Below, piece after piece: positions 38,601 to 47,535 of a stretch of DNA of 54,143 nucleotides. Below the pieces are notes generated by a model that worked only from the letters and a program-made list of their open reading frames with translations, did not search any database and was not told the origin of the DNA. Every line of letters starts with the position of its first letter. The stretch's first letter is position 1. Origin of the DNA: a virus (taxonomy: Duplodnaviria > Caudoviricetes); the IMG/VR virus record IMGVR_UViG_3300048590_000145, positions 1 through 54,143 of that record. The stretch is one strand, 5' to 3'. The translations under genes were made by a program, and so were the position numbers.

Positions 38601-41600
38601 TCTCGTCGAAGGAGACCCGACCGAGAACCCCGTCCACCACCTGTGTCGAAGCCAGATCCTCCTTGAACTCCCAGATCATGCCGTTGGGGCCGAGACGATC
38701 CTGAATCTTGGAGTACGCCTGCCACGACTTCATCAGCCCGATCGGGTCGCTCATGTCCTCGAAGGGAACTCCGAGCCGCTTCAACTGCTTGCCGATGTCT
38801 TCGACCTTCAACAGTTTGCTGATGGTCTTCCAGCCACGCTTGTTAACCGCGGCAATGTCAAGCTTGCCTTCAGCCTTCTCCCGCAACCGGGACCGGCGCT
38901 CGGCTTCCTGCTCCCCATTGCGCACCCACTGTGCGAGGTTCTGCGCGAACTTGCCCTTCGTCGGTTTCTCCCCGGGTGGCCGGCGCCGCGCGCGTGCCAG
39001 GGGGAGGAACTGTGTGACCGGGGCATCCCGCAGCGTGGCCTCCTCGCCAAGCCGTTCCAGGCCCAACTCCCGCAACCGCGCTTCACCGAGCTCCGGGAAG
39101 ACATCCATCTCATCGAGATTGAGCACCGGCTGTTGCAGATCGTACGGGTCGAACCCGGTGCCACCCAGCAACTTCTGGGCATTGGACTCGCTCAGGGCCA
39201 CCAGCTTCGGTGGCTTACCAGGTTCGGTCAGGGACTCGAGCGGGATCGGTTGGCCGGTGGCCTGTGCGGTGATGTACCGCTCTGCCCACCACACCTCCTT
39301 CTTCCCGGTGTCGGTGTTCCTGCCCACAACGACGTGACGCGACTTCACGTACTGGTACATCGCGGGGAAGTCGTCGAGGAAGAACACCGACATCGGGTAC
39401 TTGCGGGTGAGCAGATGCCACGCTTTCCGCTTCATGATGTCGGCTACATCGCCGGTCTCCATGTTGAGAACGACTTGCAGATCCGCATTCTTGAACGCCG
39501 GGGGAACCGCACCTCCGCTTGCCAGCATGTCCAGCGGTCCCTGCTGCAACAGCTTGGACTCCGCATTCGGGCCGAAGATCATGGCAGCGATCTGGCTGAT
39601 CTCCGACCGGGCAGCAGGGTTGCGCCCGCGTCCGTCGAAGAACCTGTTGTTGGCCCAGTCCCGCGAGTACGGCTTCTTGTCCACATCGACGTATTCGATG
39701 TGAATGGTGTAGCCCTGCTTTAGTAGATCTTTGATCTTCGTCAATCGGTCGGCGTGCTTGAACAGCAACGCCGTGTCGAACACACGCAGGCCGGAGTTCT
39801 GTGTCTCGACGTTTGTCATGTCCACATCGGAAACCCCTGTGGTGATGTCAATCGGCTGTGCCGGGTCAGCCGTGGGGATCAACTGCACAGTGGACACGAA
39901 GTGGTGATGCAGTCGGGCGTAGGCGAACTGGTCGAACACGAGCTGTGCTGATTGACCCGGGTTCACCACCAGGTCGGCGGTGCTGTGGTGCTCAGCAGGA
40001 TCCGGCAGACGGAAGCTCGGACGGAACGCCCCGACCCACGGCCCGAAGATCTTCGGGTAGTTCCCGGCCTTCGGAACCTCCGTGCCAACCCTGGTCTGGC
40101 GCATCGCCAGTTCCATCTTCAGGATGTTCACCGGTACCCGGCTGTTCCACTCACCCAGCAGTTTCTCGTTCAGGATCGTGCCGGTGATCTGCCGAGCGAT
40201 GTCCTCGGTGTTCGTCTTACGCTTCTGCGGATCGATGAAGCCCTGGTTCCTGCCCAGGTCGACCATCATCTTGACCGCGGTGTGCACCTGTGGGGTGAAC
40301 AATCCGTCAACCAGGAAACTCCATGTGTCGTCGTGGAGTCGAGCGAACTCGTGAACGTTCCCAGCGATGGCAGGTGCGGCCTTCACGTCGTTCGCGGAAC
40401 GTGTGGTGCGCTCCTCGAAGTACACCAGGGTGGCCCAGATCGCCAGTTGATCCCACTCTTCGGCCACCAGGGGATCCCAGGTCTCGATGTCGTCGAGACT
40501 TCCCTGCGGTTTGAACGCCACATCCCGGAACTTGTCGAGTAGAGCGGAGAACGCTTCCTCCCGTTCCCCGTCGTTGATGGAGATCTTGGCCTTGACACCC
40601 TGGAACTTGATGACCCTGCCGCCCTCGGACAGGAAGCGGACCAGTGCCGCCTTCTTCATGGTGTCCTCGGTACGCTGCCCTGGATCGTGTGACAGCGAGA
40701 AGGACTGACGGATCGATTCGAAGTCACGGGCGAGGATCGAGCCGGCGAACCGGAGGTCGTGACCGGACTGTTCGAATGCCGACGCCCTGTCCAGGTGCTC
40801 CTGGTACTCACGCTCCGCTTCCGCGATCAGTCCCGCATTGCCCGTGGCCCGGGCATCTGCCAGTCGGGCACCAGCGGCCAGTGTCTCCACCTTGTTCCGC
40901 TGGATGACCGCTGTCACCAGCATGTCGCGGGTGGCCTCCCGCTCACCCTCCTCCACGTTGGAGAGGAAGAGCTCTTCCAATGCGGACGTGTCGCCCCACA
41001 TCTTCTCCTGCATGATGGCGGCAACTTCCGCCTTCAACCTGTCAAGCAGTTTCGGATCCTGCAACGTACCGATCGACTTCAGTGCATTCGCCACATGAAC
41101 GACCAGGGTGTTGCGCAGTTGCTCCGCAGCACGTTCGCCACGGCCTGTGCCGGCTGTGGTCTGGTACGCCTCGAGAATCGTATTCAACATCCGTTGGATC
41201 GGGTAGAACCCGTCAACGTCCGAACCCTCCTCGATGGCCTGCCGGCGGATGAACGACTCCACGTACGTGATCAGCTGCCAGGACTTGTCCAGTTCATTGC
41301 CGGAGCTGGTCTGGAAGACGTGCGCGAACGACGCCTCCTTCATCATCTGACCCAAGTCGGACGGCTTCCCCGGCTTCGAGGAGGCGTGCTCGGAGTCCTG
41401 GTACAACTGGACCACGTTCAACGAGTTGATGTCCCGGGTCACCGGGAAAAGTACGGCACGGGCGAACGCCTGTGTCGCCGGATCCTTCAACGCTTCCAGT
41501 GCACCGCGCAACGTGGACAAGTCGATGGTCAATTCGGAGCCGTCCTTGAGCTGCACCCTGACCGGGCCATTGGCGAGCATCGTCGGGCTGGACGCCACCG

Positions 41601-44600
41601 CCTTCCAGTCATAGGAGTGAACCGCGTTCATCTCCAACGTCAGAGCAGTACCGAACCCGATCGTGTCGATCGAGGCCAGGGCGTCCCCGAGACCGGACAA
41701 CTGCGGGTCGGACTTACCCTTGTCATGCAGACGGATCAGCATCTCGTGGAACGCGCGCATCGCCTGTTCCCGCGCGTTCGGGCCCACCGCATCCCCGAAC
41801 AGCCGTGCATTGTCGATCGACTGCTCCAAGTACATGAGCAGGTTGTTGTACGTGGTGTCCGTCTCCTGGCTGCGCACCTGACGCCACGCATCCTCGGGGT
41901 GGATCCCCTGGGATACCAACGACCGGACCTTCTGCTCCTGGTCTGCCAGCAGATCCACCATGTGCTGCAAGGTCACCTTGTTGCCGGTGATGATGTTCCT
42001 GCTCTCATCGAGCGCGTTCGCCCGGCGGTGCATGATCGACTGGAAGTCGGCCAGTGTCTCGCGCAACTCCATGTCGGTCGATCCGGCCTGGTACACGTCA
42101 CTGGGGGTGAGTTCGAACTCCTCCACGGAATCCACGAACGGGGACAGTTCCGCCCGCCCGAACAGCCACACCGGCTCGTTATTGATCGCCTCGTACAACT
42201 CGTCCAGCGATTCCGACTGGAACATGGTGTTCAGGAATCGTCGCAGTTCGTGACCACCATCCGGCAAGGTGTTCAGGAAGTACATCGTTTCCAAGAACCG
42301 CGACTTGATCATCTTGGGATTGACTCTGCCGACCCGCGCCTCATCCGCGACCTGCTCGACCTTCGGCACCACCCACTGCTGGTTGTCGGCATCCCAGTGC
42401 GCCAGCGCGTCCAGACTGACCGGGGTACCCAGCAACTGGTTCCACTCGGCCAGCTTCGTGAATACGAAATACTTCTCAGCGGCGTCCTCAAGGTTCTCGT
42501 TCGTCATCACGTCTTCGATGAACTGCGCCTCGACCAGTTGCCCGTCCACCCGGTCGAACACCGCACGACGGGACGCGGCGGGGATCAGCTCCGCGATCAG
42601 CTTGGCGACACTCGGATCCCGTTGCAGCATGTGACGGTACACCGCGACCCGGGACACCGCCCCATCCACCGGCTTGATCTCTCCGGCGAACATCTCGCGC
42701 CAGGTATCCAACTGATGCTGGAAATCCCGCAGCCCGTCGATGAAGTCGTCCTTGGCCTTCTTCCCCTGCTTCTGCCGGCGCGCGCGTTCCGCGGCCACCG
42801 CTGACTGCAACGAGTCGATCAACATGGTGTACCCATTGACCACCGGCACACCGGATACGTTCTCGCCATCCTGGTACTCGGCCAGGGTGGACAGTGCGGT
42901 GATGTCCCACGGCGGATCCGGCATCCCCCGGTGGGAGAAGTACCCCGGCACCCGCTTCAACCCGGAGAACTCGTGACGCGCAGCCGACACGCTCTTCGTC
43001 AGCATCATGTCGTGGAACTGTCGCAGCGTCATCTGCGGGCCGATGTAGAACGCATCACTGCCGACCAGCTCGGCCAACTGCAGATCGCCGAAGACCTCGA
43101 CCACGGCCAGTGCCGCAGTGTTCGAGTGCGCGGCCTTCGGGTAGCACAGCTCGGTCAAGCGCTGGATCTTCTTCTTCTTCGCCGAGTCATCGGCCAGTCC
43201 ACGGTTCTTCTCGAGCTCGATCTGCAACGACCGGCGCAGTAGCAACTGCAGCAACGTGATGTCGTTGCCGTCAACGCTGTACTCCCCGGATTCGACATCC
43301 ATCTCGAAGTTCCCGACCCGGATGTTCGAGATCAGCAGGAACAACTGTCGGATGTCGAGGTGGGTGTTGTTCTCGTTCTTCGTGGACTGTGCGATCTCGG
43401 AGATCCAGTTCAGGACACGGCGCTCGATCGAGTTGTGGTTCTGGATCGTCTGAAGATCCGTCTCCGTCTTGTCCGCACCCAGGTTCGCGTACATCTGAGC
43501 GAGCACGAACTCGGGCGAGGTCTCCGTCCGATCCATCGTTTCCGGTCGCCGGTTGAACGTCAGATCGATCGCGGACTGGATCAGCGCGTGGTAGTGCAAG
43601 AACTGTGACGGTCGTGGCTCCTCGAAACCGCCGAGCTGCGCCATGCTCAACCCGTACGTGGCCGCCTGCAACTGCGCACGGGTGTCGAGCCTGGCGATGT
43701 CCGCGGGCCGTGTCCCCGGATCGTCCTTGTCAATCGCGGGATCCTGGGCGAACGCGATCATCCCCAGATGTTCCTGGATCGACTCCCAGTTCGCAGAGAT
43801 CAGCGACCACAGATGCGTGACCTCGGGAACACCCGTGGCATCCGACATGGAGAACAAGGCTTCGGCCTCGAGCTCCCACATCTCCTGTGCCAACTTCACA
43901 CGGGCCTTCGGGTTTTGTCCTCGTACCCGGTTGAAGAACGCATCCAGCACTGTGCGCATGTCCCTGGGGTTGATCGGCCCGGACGGTTGCGCGTACCGAT
44001 CCATCAGCTTCTGGCGCAACCTGTCGAACCCGAGTTCCACCTGTGTCTTGCGCTCAACATCCAGGTTCTGGTTACCGAACAGATCCACGTACGCGGCCTC
44101 AGAGTCCGGTACGTCCATCGTCAACGTCCACGACTTCTCCACCGGGCCCTCGGCTTCAGCCACCGGCCCGGCCTGCTGCTCGAAATACTGCAGGCCACGG
44201 CGGAAGTTCTCGAGTTCCTCCCTCGGGACGTACAGGTCGAACTGCTGCACGAACGCATCCCCGTCGTGGTCGGCACCCAGCGCCTTCAACACCGACTGGT
44301 GCACGTACACCGTGCGGTGCGCGTTGCGCTTGGTCAGCAGTTTCGACACCTGCGGCAGGAACACCGCGAACGATCCCTGATCGATCAGCGGGTGTCTCGG
44401 CAGCATGAACTCGACGACCCGCTTCACCGCTTCGGCATCGATCAGGTTGCCATCAGCGTCAACCAGTTGCGCCTGCTTCTGGTACAGCTCGGTCAGACGG
44501 GCGTTCATCTCGTCGACTATCAACTCGCCACGGCCCGTATCGGTCTCAGCGGTGAAGTCCGCGTACCGCTGGATCAGCTCGCCGGTCGTCGAGTCGTCCC

Positions 44601-47067
44601 CGATCAGGGCACGCACCGCCTCGTTGATGCCGGTCAGATCCTCCAAGTACGATTCGACCCGGGCCAGATCCTGCATCGCCCGGTCCCTGCCGGATTGAGC
44701 AGCGTCCTTCTCCTCCTGCGTGGCACCAGGATCACTGAGCACCGCATCCAGTTCTGACACCTGTGCGCGGTACGCCGCCGCCTGATCGGTGTATCGGGAG
44801 ACCTTTGTGCCCAGTGCTTCGGCGTTCTTCACCATCGTGGTGATCATCTGATCGAACGACATCACAGCGGTGTTCGCGTCGAACAGCATCTCGTCGATCT
44901 CGTTGCCGAGCCGCAGGAACTCCGAGGTGGCCGCGTGTACCGTCACCGCATCCCCACCCAGCTTGTTCGCGTTCTTCTGCGCCTCCTCCCAACTGGTCTG
45001 CTGGATCAGGGGGAAACCCTCCTGTGCCACCGGGGACTCCGCAGCCGCACGGAACTTCATTCCTTCCTGGGCAGTCTCCCGAACAACCTCGGCTGCCTGA
45101 TCCTCCTCCGGGGTGGGGATGGACAGCATGTCGAGCGCGCGCTGGCTCATCCCCTTCTTGACCTCGCCCCACTCCTGCGCTGACACCGACTCCCCGGTAC
45201 GGATGTTGTAGGTGCGGCGCTGCACCTCGCTCAACTTCTGTTCCACGCTCGGGCCTTGGTTCAGCGCGCCCCAACCCATACCCATACCGGCCGCGCCACC
45301 GTACGCCGCAGCCTTCGCAACCTCGGTCGGGACCGGCGTCTCACCAACACTGAGCGGATCCAGGATCGCCTGCACACCTTCTTCCAGTGCTTCGCCGTAT
45401 CCGGTGATCAGCCCGGTGCGCCAGGCGCTGCCCTGCGTCAACTCCACTGCCGCGTTGTACATGTCGTCCGGTGTCACCAGATCACCACGGCGCCTTGCTG
45501 CGGCCCGGGCACGGAACTGCACCGTCAACGCCTTGGTCGCCTCACTCGGGGCGAACGCCTCCGGCACCAACCGGGTGGTCATGGTGCCGTCCGCGGCCCT
45601 GGTGTATCGCGTTCCCGCGATCACCTCTCCCTCGTCCCACTTCGCCAGCCGGCGGTTCACCGAACCGGGCAGCCACCGAGAACCTGCCGTCTCCGACGCC
45701 TCCCGGCCCGCGACAAACGCTCTGTCGTGACGGGCGATCCGGCCCAGCAACCCGCCGGTCGCCATCTGCACCGCGTCGATCCCGACACTGCCGATCGCCG
45801 AACCCCACTCAAGCGGGTTCTCGTACGGGTCGAACTGGCCCTGGGACTCGTTGAACCCCTTGCCGGTCCCCAGTGCCGTCGTCTTCCCCGCGACCACGGT
45901 GCCCATCTGGCCCATGTACAGCGCACGGCCCGGAGCACTCGAGAACTGCAGCACCGCATCCGCGCCGGTCGCCGCCAGGTCCACACCCTGCTTCCATCCC
46001 GGAACGAGTTGGTTCCCCTCGTCATCAACCTTGTACCAGTCCACCAATTGGTCGTCGCGCCCACCCATCTGAACCTCGTTCAGACCGCGCCACAGATTGG
46101 AGACCGGGGAGATCATCTTCGACCCGACGTTGCCCCACTCCTCCACCGCGAAACCCCACGCCGGCAACTCCCCGGCTCCGGCGAACTCCTCCTTGATCTG
46201 GTCCTGCCGGGTCGCAGCCCGTGCCGTCAGATCCGTCAGCTCATCCTTGTTCAGCCATGACCCGATACCACCGACAACACTTCCGACAACACCACCGATG
46301 ATCGCACCGGGCAATGCACCTACACCTGCGAACGGCGCACCGATGGCAGCACCGACTCCGGCGAACAGCGTGGCACCACCCGTGGCACCACCGGCAACCA
46401 GCAGATCGTCACCACGGCCCTTGACGATCGACTCCTCGTGCCGCTGCAGATCCGCCTGGTACTGCTCGGCGGACTTCGCGTACGCCGCCTGTTCGCTGTA
46501 ATGCTTGCGCAGACCCTGGATCTCCTCGGAGTACCCCTTCGGGTTCTCCTTCTGGAACTGCCGGCGGTTCTGGTAGTCGTCGAACAGGAACTGCCCCACC
46601 ATGTTGTCCGCGGTGCGCTCGTCGAACACCTCGTACAGGTTCTGCCCCTGCTGCAGCTTCCCGTTCAGGAACACATCACCGAACCGGAACTGCCCGTTCG
46701 GGTCGTCCCACAACGCAACCCCGGTGGCCGACGGATTCTTCTCCGGGTTGAACTGCTCGTAGAACACCGACGACTTCTTCTCCTCCATCGCCTTGTTCAT
46801 CCAGGTCGACTGCTGGTTCCAGAAGTCCCGGTAGAACTGGGTGTCCCACCCATTCTCCACACCTTCGGCGTTCTGCCCCGCGTACCACTGCGTCGCCGTC
46901 GACATCATCGACTGCGGCAGCCACGGCTGCAGTTGCGAATCCCCTGCCAGGTAATCCTGCTGCGCACGCCCGAACCGCTGCGCGGACTGCTTCAAACCAG
47001 CAGGAGCAGCCGGGTTGGCAGCCATACGGTCAAACGCCGACGTACCCGGCTTGTCATAGTTCGCCAT
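32632..47067 (-). CDS. Giant (~4,811 aa) virion/ejection protein with two-barrel RNA polymerase catalytic motif
   Basis: ATG 47067 after GAGAGG; PRHPLI (44383-44400) and GADHDGD (44257-44277); Gly-rich hydrophobic N-terminal segments. Confidence 0.75.
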   Translation of the reverse strand: MANYDKPGTSAFDRMAANPAAPAGLKQSAQRFGRAQQDYLAGDSQLQPWLPQSMMSTATQWYAGQNAEGVENGWDTQFYRDFWNQQSTWMNKAMEEKKSSVFYEQFNPEKNPSATGVALWDDPNGQFRFGDVFLNGKLQQGQNLYEVFDERTADNMVGQFLFDDYQNRRQFQKENPKGYSEEIQGLRKHYSEQAAYAKSAEQYQADLQRHEESIVKGRGDDLLVAGGATGGATLFAGVGAAIGAPFAGVGALPGAIIGGVVGSVVGGIGSWLNKDELTDLTARAATRQDQIKEEFAGAGELPAWGFAVEEWGNVGSKMISPVSNLWRGLNEVQMGGRDDQLVDWYKVDDEGNQLVPGWKQGVDLAATGADAVLQFSSAPGRALYMGQMGTVVAGKTTALGTGKGFNESQGQFDPYENPLEWGSAIGSVGIDAVQMATGGLLGRIARHDRAFVAGREASETAGSRWLPGSVNRRLAKWDEGEVIAGTRYTRAADGTMTTRLVPEAFAPSEATKALTVQFRARAAARRRGDLVTPDDMYNAAVELTQGSAWRTGLITGYGEALEEGVQAILDPLSVGETPVPTEVAKAAAYGGAAGMGMGWGALNQGPSVEQKLSEVQRRTYNIRTGESVSAQEWGEVKKGMSQRALDMLSIPTPEEDQAAEVVRETAQEGMKFRAAAESPVAQEGFPLIQQTSWEEAQKNANKLGGDAVTVHAATSEFLRLGNEIDEMLFDANTAVMSFDQMITTMVKNAEALGTKVSRYTDQAAAYRAQVSELDAVLSDPGATQEEKDAAQSGRDRAMQDLARVESYLEDLTGINEAVRALIGDDSTTGELIQRYADFTAETDTGRGELIVDEMNARLTELYQKQAQLVDADGNLIDAEAVKRVVEFMLPRHPLIDQGSFAVFLPQVSKLLTKRNAHRTVYVHQSVLKALGADHDGDAFVQQFDLYVPREELENFRRGLQYFEQQAGPVAEAEGPVEKSWTLTMDVPDSEAAYVDLFGNQNLDVERKTQVELGFDRLRQKLMDRYAQPSGPINPRDMRTVLDAFFNRVRGQNPKARVKLAQEMWELEAEALFSMSDATGVPEVTHLWSLISANWESIQEHLGMIAFAQDPAIDKDDPGTRPADIARLDTRAQLQAATYGLSMAQLGGFEEPRPSQFLHYHALIQSAIDLTFNRRPETMDRTETSPEFVLAQMYANLGADKTETDLQTIQNHNSIERRVLNWISEIAQSTKNENNTHLDIRQLFLLISNIRVGNFEMDVESGEYSVDGNDITLLQLLLRRSLQIELEKNRGLADDSAKKKKIQRLTELCYPKAAHSNTAALAVVEVFGDLQLAELVGSDAFYIGPQMTLRQFHDMMLTKSVSAARHEFSGLKRVPGYFSHRGMPDPPWDITALSTLAEYQDGENVSGVPVVNGYTMLIDSLQSAVAAERARRQKQGKKAKDDFIDGLRDFQHQLDTWREMFAGEIKPVDGAVSRVAVYRHMLQRDPSVAKLIAELIPAASRRAVFDRVDGQLVEAQFIEDVMTNENLEDAAEKYFVFTKLAEWNQLLGTPVSLDALAHWDADNQQWVVPKVEQVADEARVGRVNPKMIKSRFLETMYFLNTLPDGGHELRRFLNTMFQSESLDELYEAINNEPVWLFGRAELSPFVDSVEEFELTPSDVYQAGSTDMELRETLADFQSIMHRRANALDESRNIITGNKVTLQHMVDLLADQEQKVRSLVSQGIHPEDAWRQVRSQETDTTYNNLLMYLEQSIDNARLFGDAVGPNAREQAMRAFHEMLIRLHDKGKSDPQLSGLGDALASIDTIGFGTALTLEMNAVHSYDWKAVASSPTMLANGPVRVQLKDGSELTIDLSTLRGALEALKDPATQAFARAVLFPVTRDINSLNVVQLYQDSEHASSKPGKPSDLGQMMKEASFAHVFQTSSGNELDKSWQLITYVESFIRRQAIEEGSDVDGFYPIQRMLNTILEAYQTTAGTGRGERAAEQLRNTLVVHVANALKSIGTLQDPKLLDRLKAEVAAIMQEKMWGDTSALEELFLSNVEEGEREATRDMLVTAVIQRNKVETLAAGARLADARATGNAGLIAEAEREYQEHLDRASAFEQSGHDLRFAGSILARDFESIRQSFSLSHDPGQRTEDTMKKAALVRFLSEGGRVIKFQGVKAKISINDGEREEAFSALLDKFRDVAFKPQGSLDDIETWDPLVAEEWDQLAIWATLVYFEERTTRSANDVKAAPAIAGNVHEFARLHDDTWSFLVDGLFTPQVHTAVKMMVDLGRNQGFIDPQKRKTNTEDIARQITGTILNEKLLGEWNSRVPVNILKMELAMRQTRVGTEVPKAGNYPKIFGPWVGAFRPSFRLPDPAEHHSTADLVVNPGQSAQLVFDQFAYARLHHHFVSTVQLIPTADPAQPIDITTGVSDVDMTNVETQNSGLRVFDTALLFKHADRLTKIKDLLKQGYTIHIEYVDVDKKPYSRDWANNRFFDGRGRNPAARSEISQIAAMIFGPNAESKLLQQGPLDMLASGGAVPPAFKNADLQVVLNMETGDVADIMKRKAWHLLTRKYPMSVFFLDDFPAMYQYVKSRHVVVGRNTDTGKKEVWWAERYITAQATGQPIPLESLTEPGKPPKLVALSESNAQKLLGGTGFDPYDLQQPVLNLDEMDVFPELGEARLRELGLERLGEEATLRDAPVTQFLPLARARRRPPGEKPTKGKFAQNLAQWVRNGEQEAERRSRLREKAEGKLDIAAVNKRGWKTISKLLKVEDIGKQLKRLGVPFEDMSDPIGLMKSWQAYSKIQDRLGPNGMIWEFKEDLASTQVVDGVLGRVSFDENFFQNASTKPSYGDVVIIDLESILSWHGYDEVTAATRAIKIVDAFAREGVIIMLGSSRSASDLRKEVSTYMLTGPMPIKYRSMNDGSGNFYEPITEDREYDATAASLTSSRSAIHQEAFQNINVNLITEDMAINEGARIVNDNFSEIFRRVSMQLVPTNLMLGVSSDNVLAFGRPIQQATAVGDQFTKIAKQLLDFAAQPEGRATLLGMLGEYDSSIPIYKEHPNGTYTPGVRDPEEALDRFLDALSAGQDPLTAGRTVLSGDLFLLVGSDGSVLIHRLGFRLPNNLDKGHIVGQWSTPLNGERGGLRVAIPRPAVEANATLLPPFTIDDIRPDHRGQMLHGKFELGWAQKMLAHGVKTTLVPMAEDEQFVGPLSVYKDNTVHIGSMTGRKGQEDKAGMRNVVSDFKTLFAFTGVDFRSDLVNLLMPDDTRSFSEKWNELEAFLNRYAAMNNSLSVEEADDILSSSTSTFAYLQQLNAEGRAELGDAWVDLVASDQQSTTLTDEQRLGQILLVTMSIAGISPNQVVSNPGVLTVRNDKVTNAVVGFLPSVMTDAMSNPTWPGLHSMLIKRANSVLTKYTDDAGVEHTGSWFDDAFTFHTTLIRTLPDGSKRELIKTGLLQLETPLPADENPITLAFGVVMSRDASVHNARVASTQGMQTVTREPRDQFGDEQIMRFNSDDQTVWDLITRIVPPPTDYYPAKYLMPMEQVHWDKADEKLGRYTQPLSRDPKDMDNWNNTGQAKELLDVLGLHPTADMIEIDYLVRQWLGAPAPLEGEIDPVTPEMYRQAVASMLQNVRRGWHPLHGADVPHESNTFWRKIFLAQASRTDGKAWAPMKLDGKKKYKAEYDWSEWVDVLFGQVQNSNKQFHAMFRVDTDGFFHTFQYSTPLLANMPASLDPEVLAKLQDPETNELYLSVDPGVRIQMREPAILESMNKTWEVMAGHEAAFDGDVASDVPASSIFYRNTQRENWLKKNHLGRQKKTTYRDYAKQGVEYRENLQNTNMALRSIVHMSIITRLANPALWTSAIIEVHMRNQMNNVTEFLLGQNVGISGRALSRLQESSFGQLVGLDQIKLTYTPEQIKLILKIAEQLGADPKWRGELFGEMTYQNMIIPTEFEDEEGQISRGGRIARTLEKWAGTTARVYNDPTLGQRKTAAAKRYILGALEYMAATNNSISLETLAQELEADPMWLKKQFSREEFNPHRAGVAQVAQVRSTKGTVLGDMIMRPIDSLYASDSTMKAIVGTMLKIPFMFTRFNVNALTTLTGMTAADQGLAMFLDGRQTPNSIRKVAAAARRGETIEPEYFEFTDVLETLDLQKLVLRGAITQTGLVALGLMGANILGLGGEDEEERRRRRMERYLNLPHFYDPREAQNDFLYADSIWLDSIPILNTIFSRDYDGEPRSAVVPHWMIRQFTSPLMGTVRFFEDGDIRNIGWGFLDAASAIPTSVQNLWRDANLNASLLVSDLEALDSEGIETPEAINRRQWMIATLVGMYERPLLENQFINGLRSAFDDVDRNPYAIPAEKNGQLVTEIGVGGNRYPVSQKEVMEQYQGDQIVDPVTGEPVIDPNTGQPIANENRLRYAKRSGMDAIFHQYAEGNATAAVLLSLFTGQWGSDSSFRRENMVPKQPLVPTEELNRAEAEALIMAAWQGRGGQDRFTKEEIIRGLKYQTEQAGGWWQQSEIEARANTLYKLYNSPKYALSIMDKNNMEVITKDGADGVYTGLWNGTIDFDSPALQGLAIPYEMRRQIGVEWLQQIKQESIDMGMSEESAMYRVRRFWYGDDVTGRPGFREMLYNDKIPAIPVAKYTQLNVTYTIGPDGKPWATPFTRNTLSQLFLPTPHTVAPPAQGTRLDSRGNIVNELTQTNTGLKAVVPSYIVNDLEAEDDILEEVEKKRTTPGWTSKYNGYYGGYRRGYGGYSRGGYSRGGYSGSSYNGPALFTDKILRSIRGGYGPQMDGQYTPKADNPIVRRASVRRERYSSERGRLKQWQ

Positions 47068-47344
47068 CGACCAGTGGCCTCTCATCGGACAACGCGACAC
47101 CGCCAGTCTAGGGGCATCCCCGCCGCTTTGACAGCCACCCGGGGAACTCGTGTTCGCGGCGAAACCCTGCGACACCTGTGCGGCTCGCAGACTTTCCGAG
47201 CGGTGTCACTGCGATACGGCAGTAAATCCAGCACAGAACTCTGCGAGCCGCAACCTTCCGCAGGAATTACCACGCTGTCAGCATCCTCAGCATTCCCCAC
47301 AGGGCGCTATCCGCCCATTTCCCTCATGTTTCCAGGTCATCCGG

Positions 47345-47515
47345 TGTTTTAATGGAAACTTTTGTGTGAGGTTCCAAAAGATAAAATAGATACAAATAAC
47401 ACAGACTATACCCCCCCTACATATATATGTATATATGTAGTTATAGATAAACCTGAATCTCTTTAGTCTGGTGTTTCCATTTTAGCAATTCTCATTTCCA
47501 TTTTAGCAAGTTAGT
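47345..47515. promoter_or_regulatory. AT-rich divergent control region between late (-) and early (+) arms
   Basis: CTACATATAT/ATATATGTAG palindrome 47417-47440; TTTCCATTTTAGCAA direct repeat at 47474 and 47495. Confidence 0.65.
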
Positions 47516-47535
47516 CAACCGATAAGGAGGACATC

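Noticed and set aside
47068-47175. 36-aa N-terminal extension of giant ORF given by the ORF track
   Set aside because: ATG 47067 has a GAGAGG SD and codon bias begins there
47094-47207. Three GACACC motifs upstream of the giant gene (WhiA-box-like)
   Set aside because: Too short to distinguish from chance in GC-rich DNA
32888-47352. Long + strand ORFs (up to 708 aa) opposite the giant gene, and similar ones opposite capsid, portal and tail genes
   Set aside because: Antisense shadows of G/C-ending codon bias; no SD, unnatural composition
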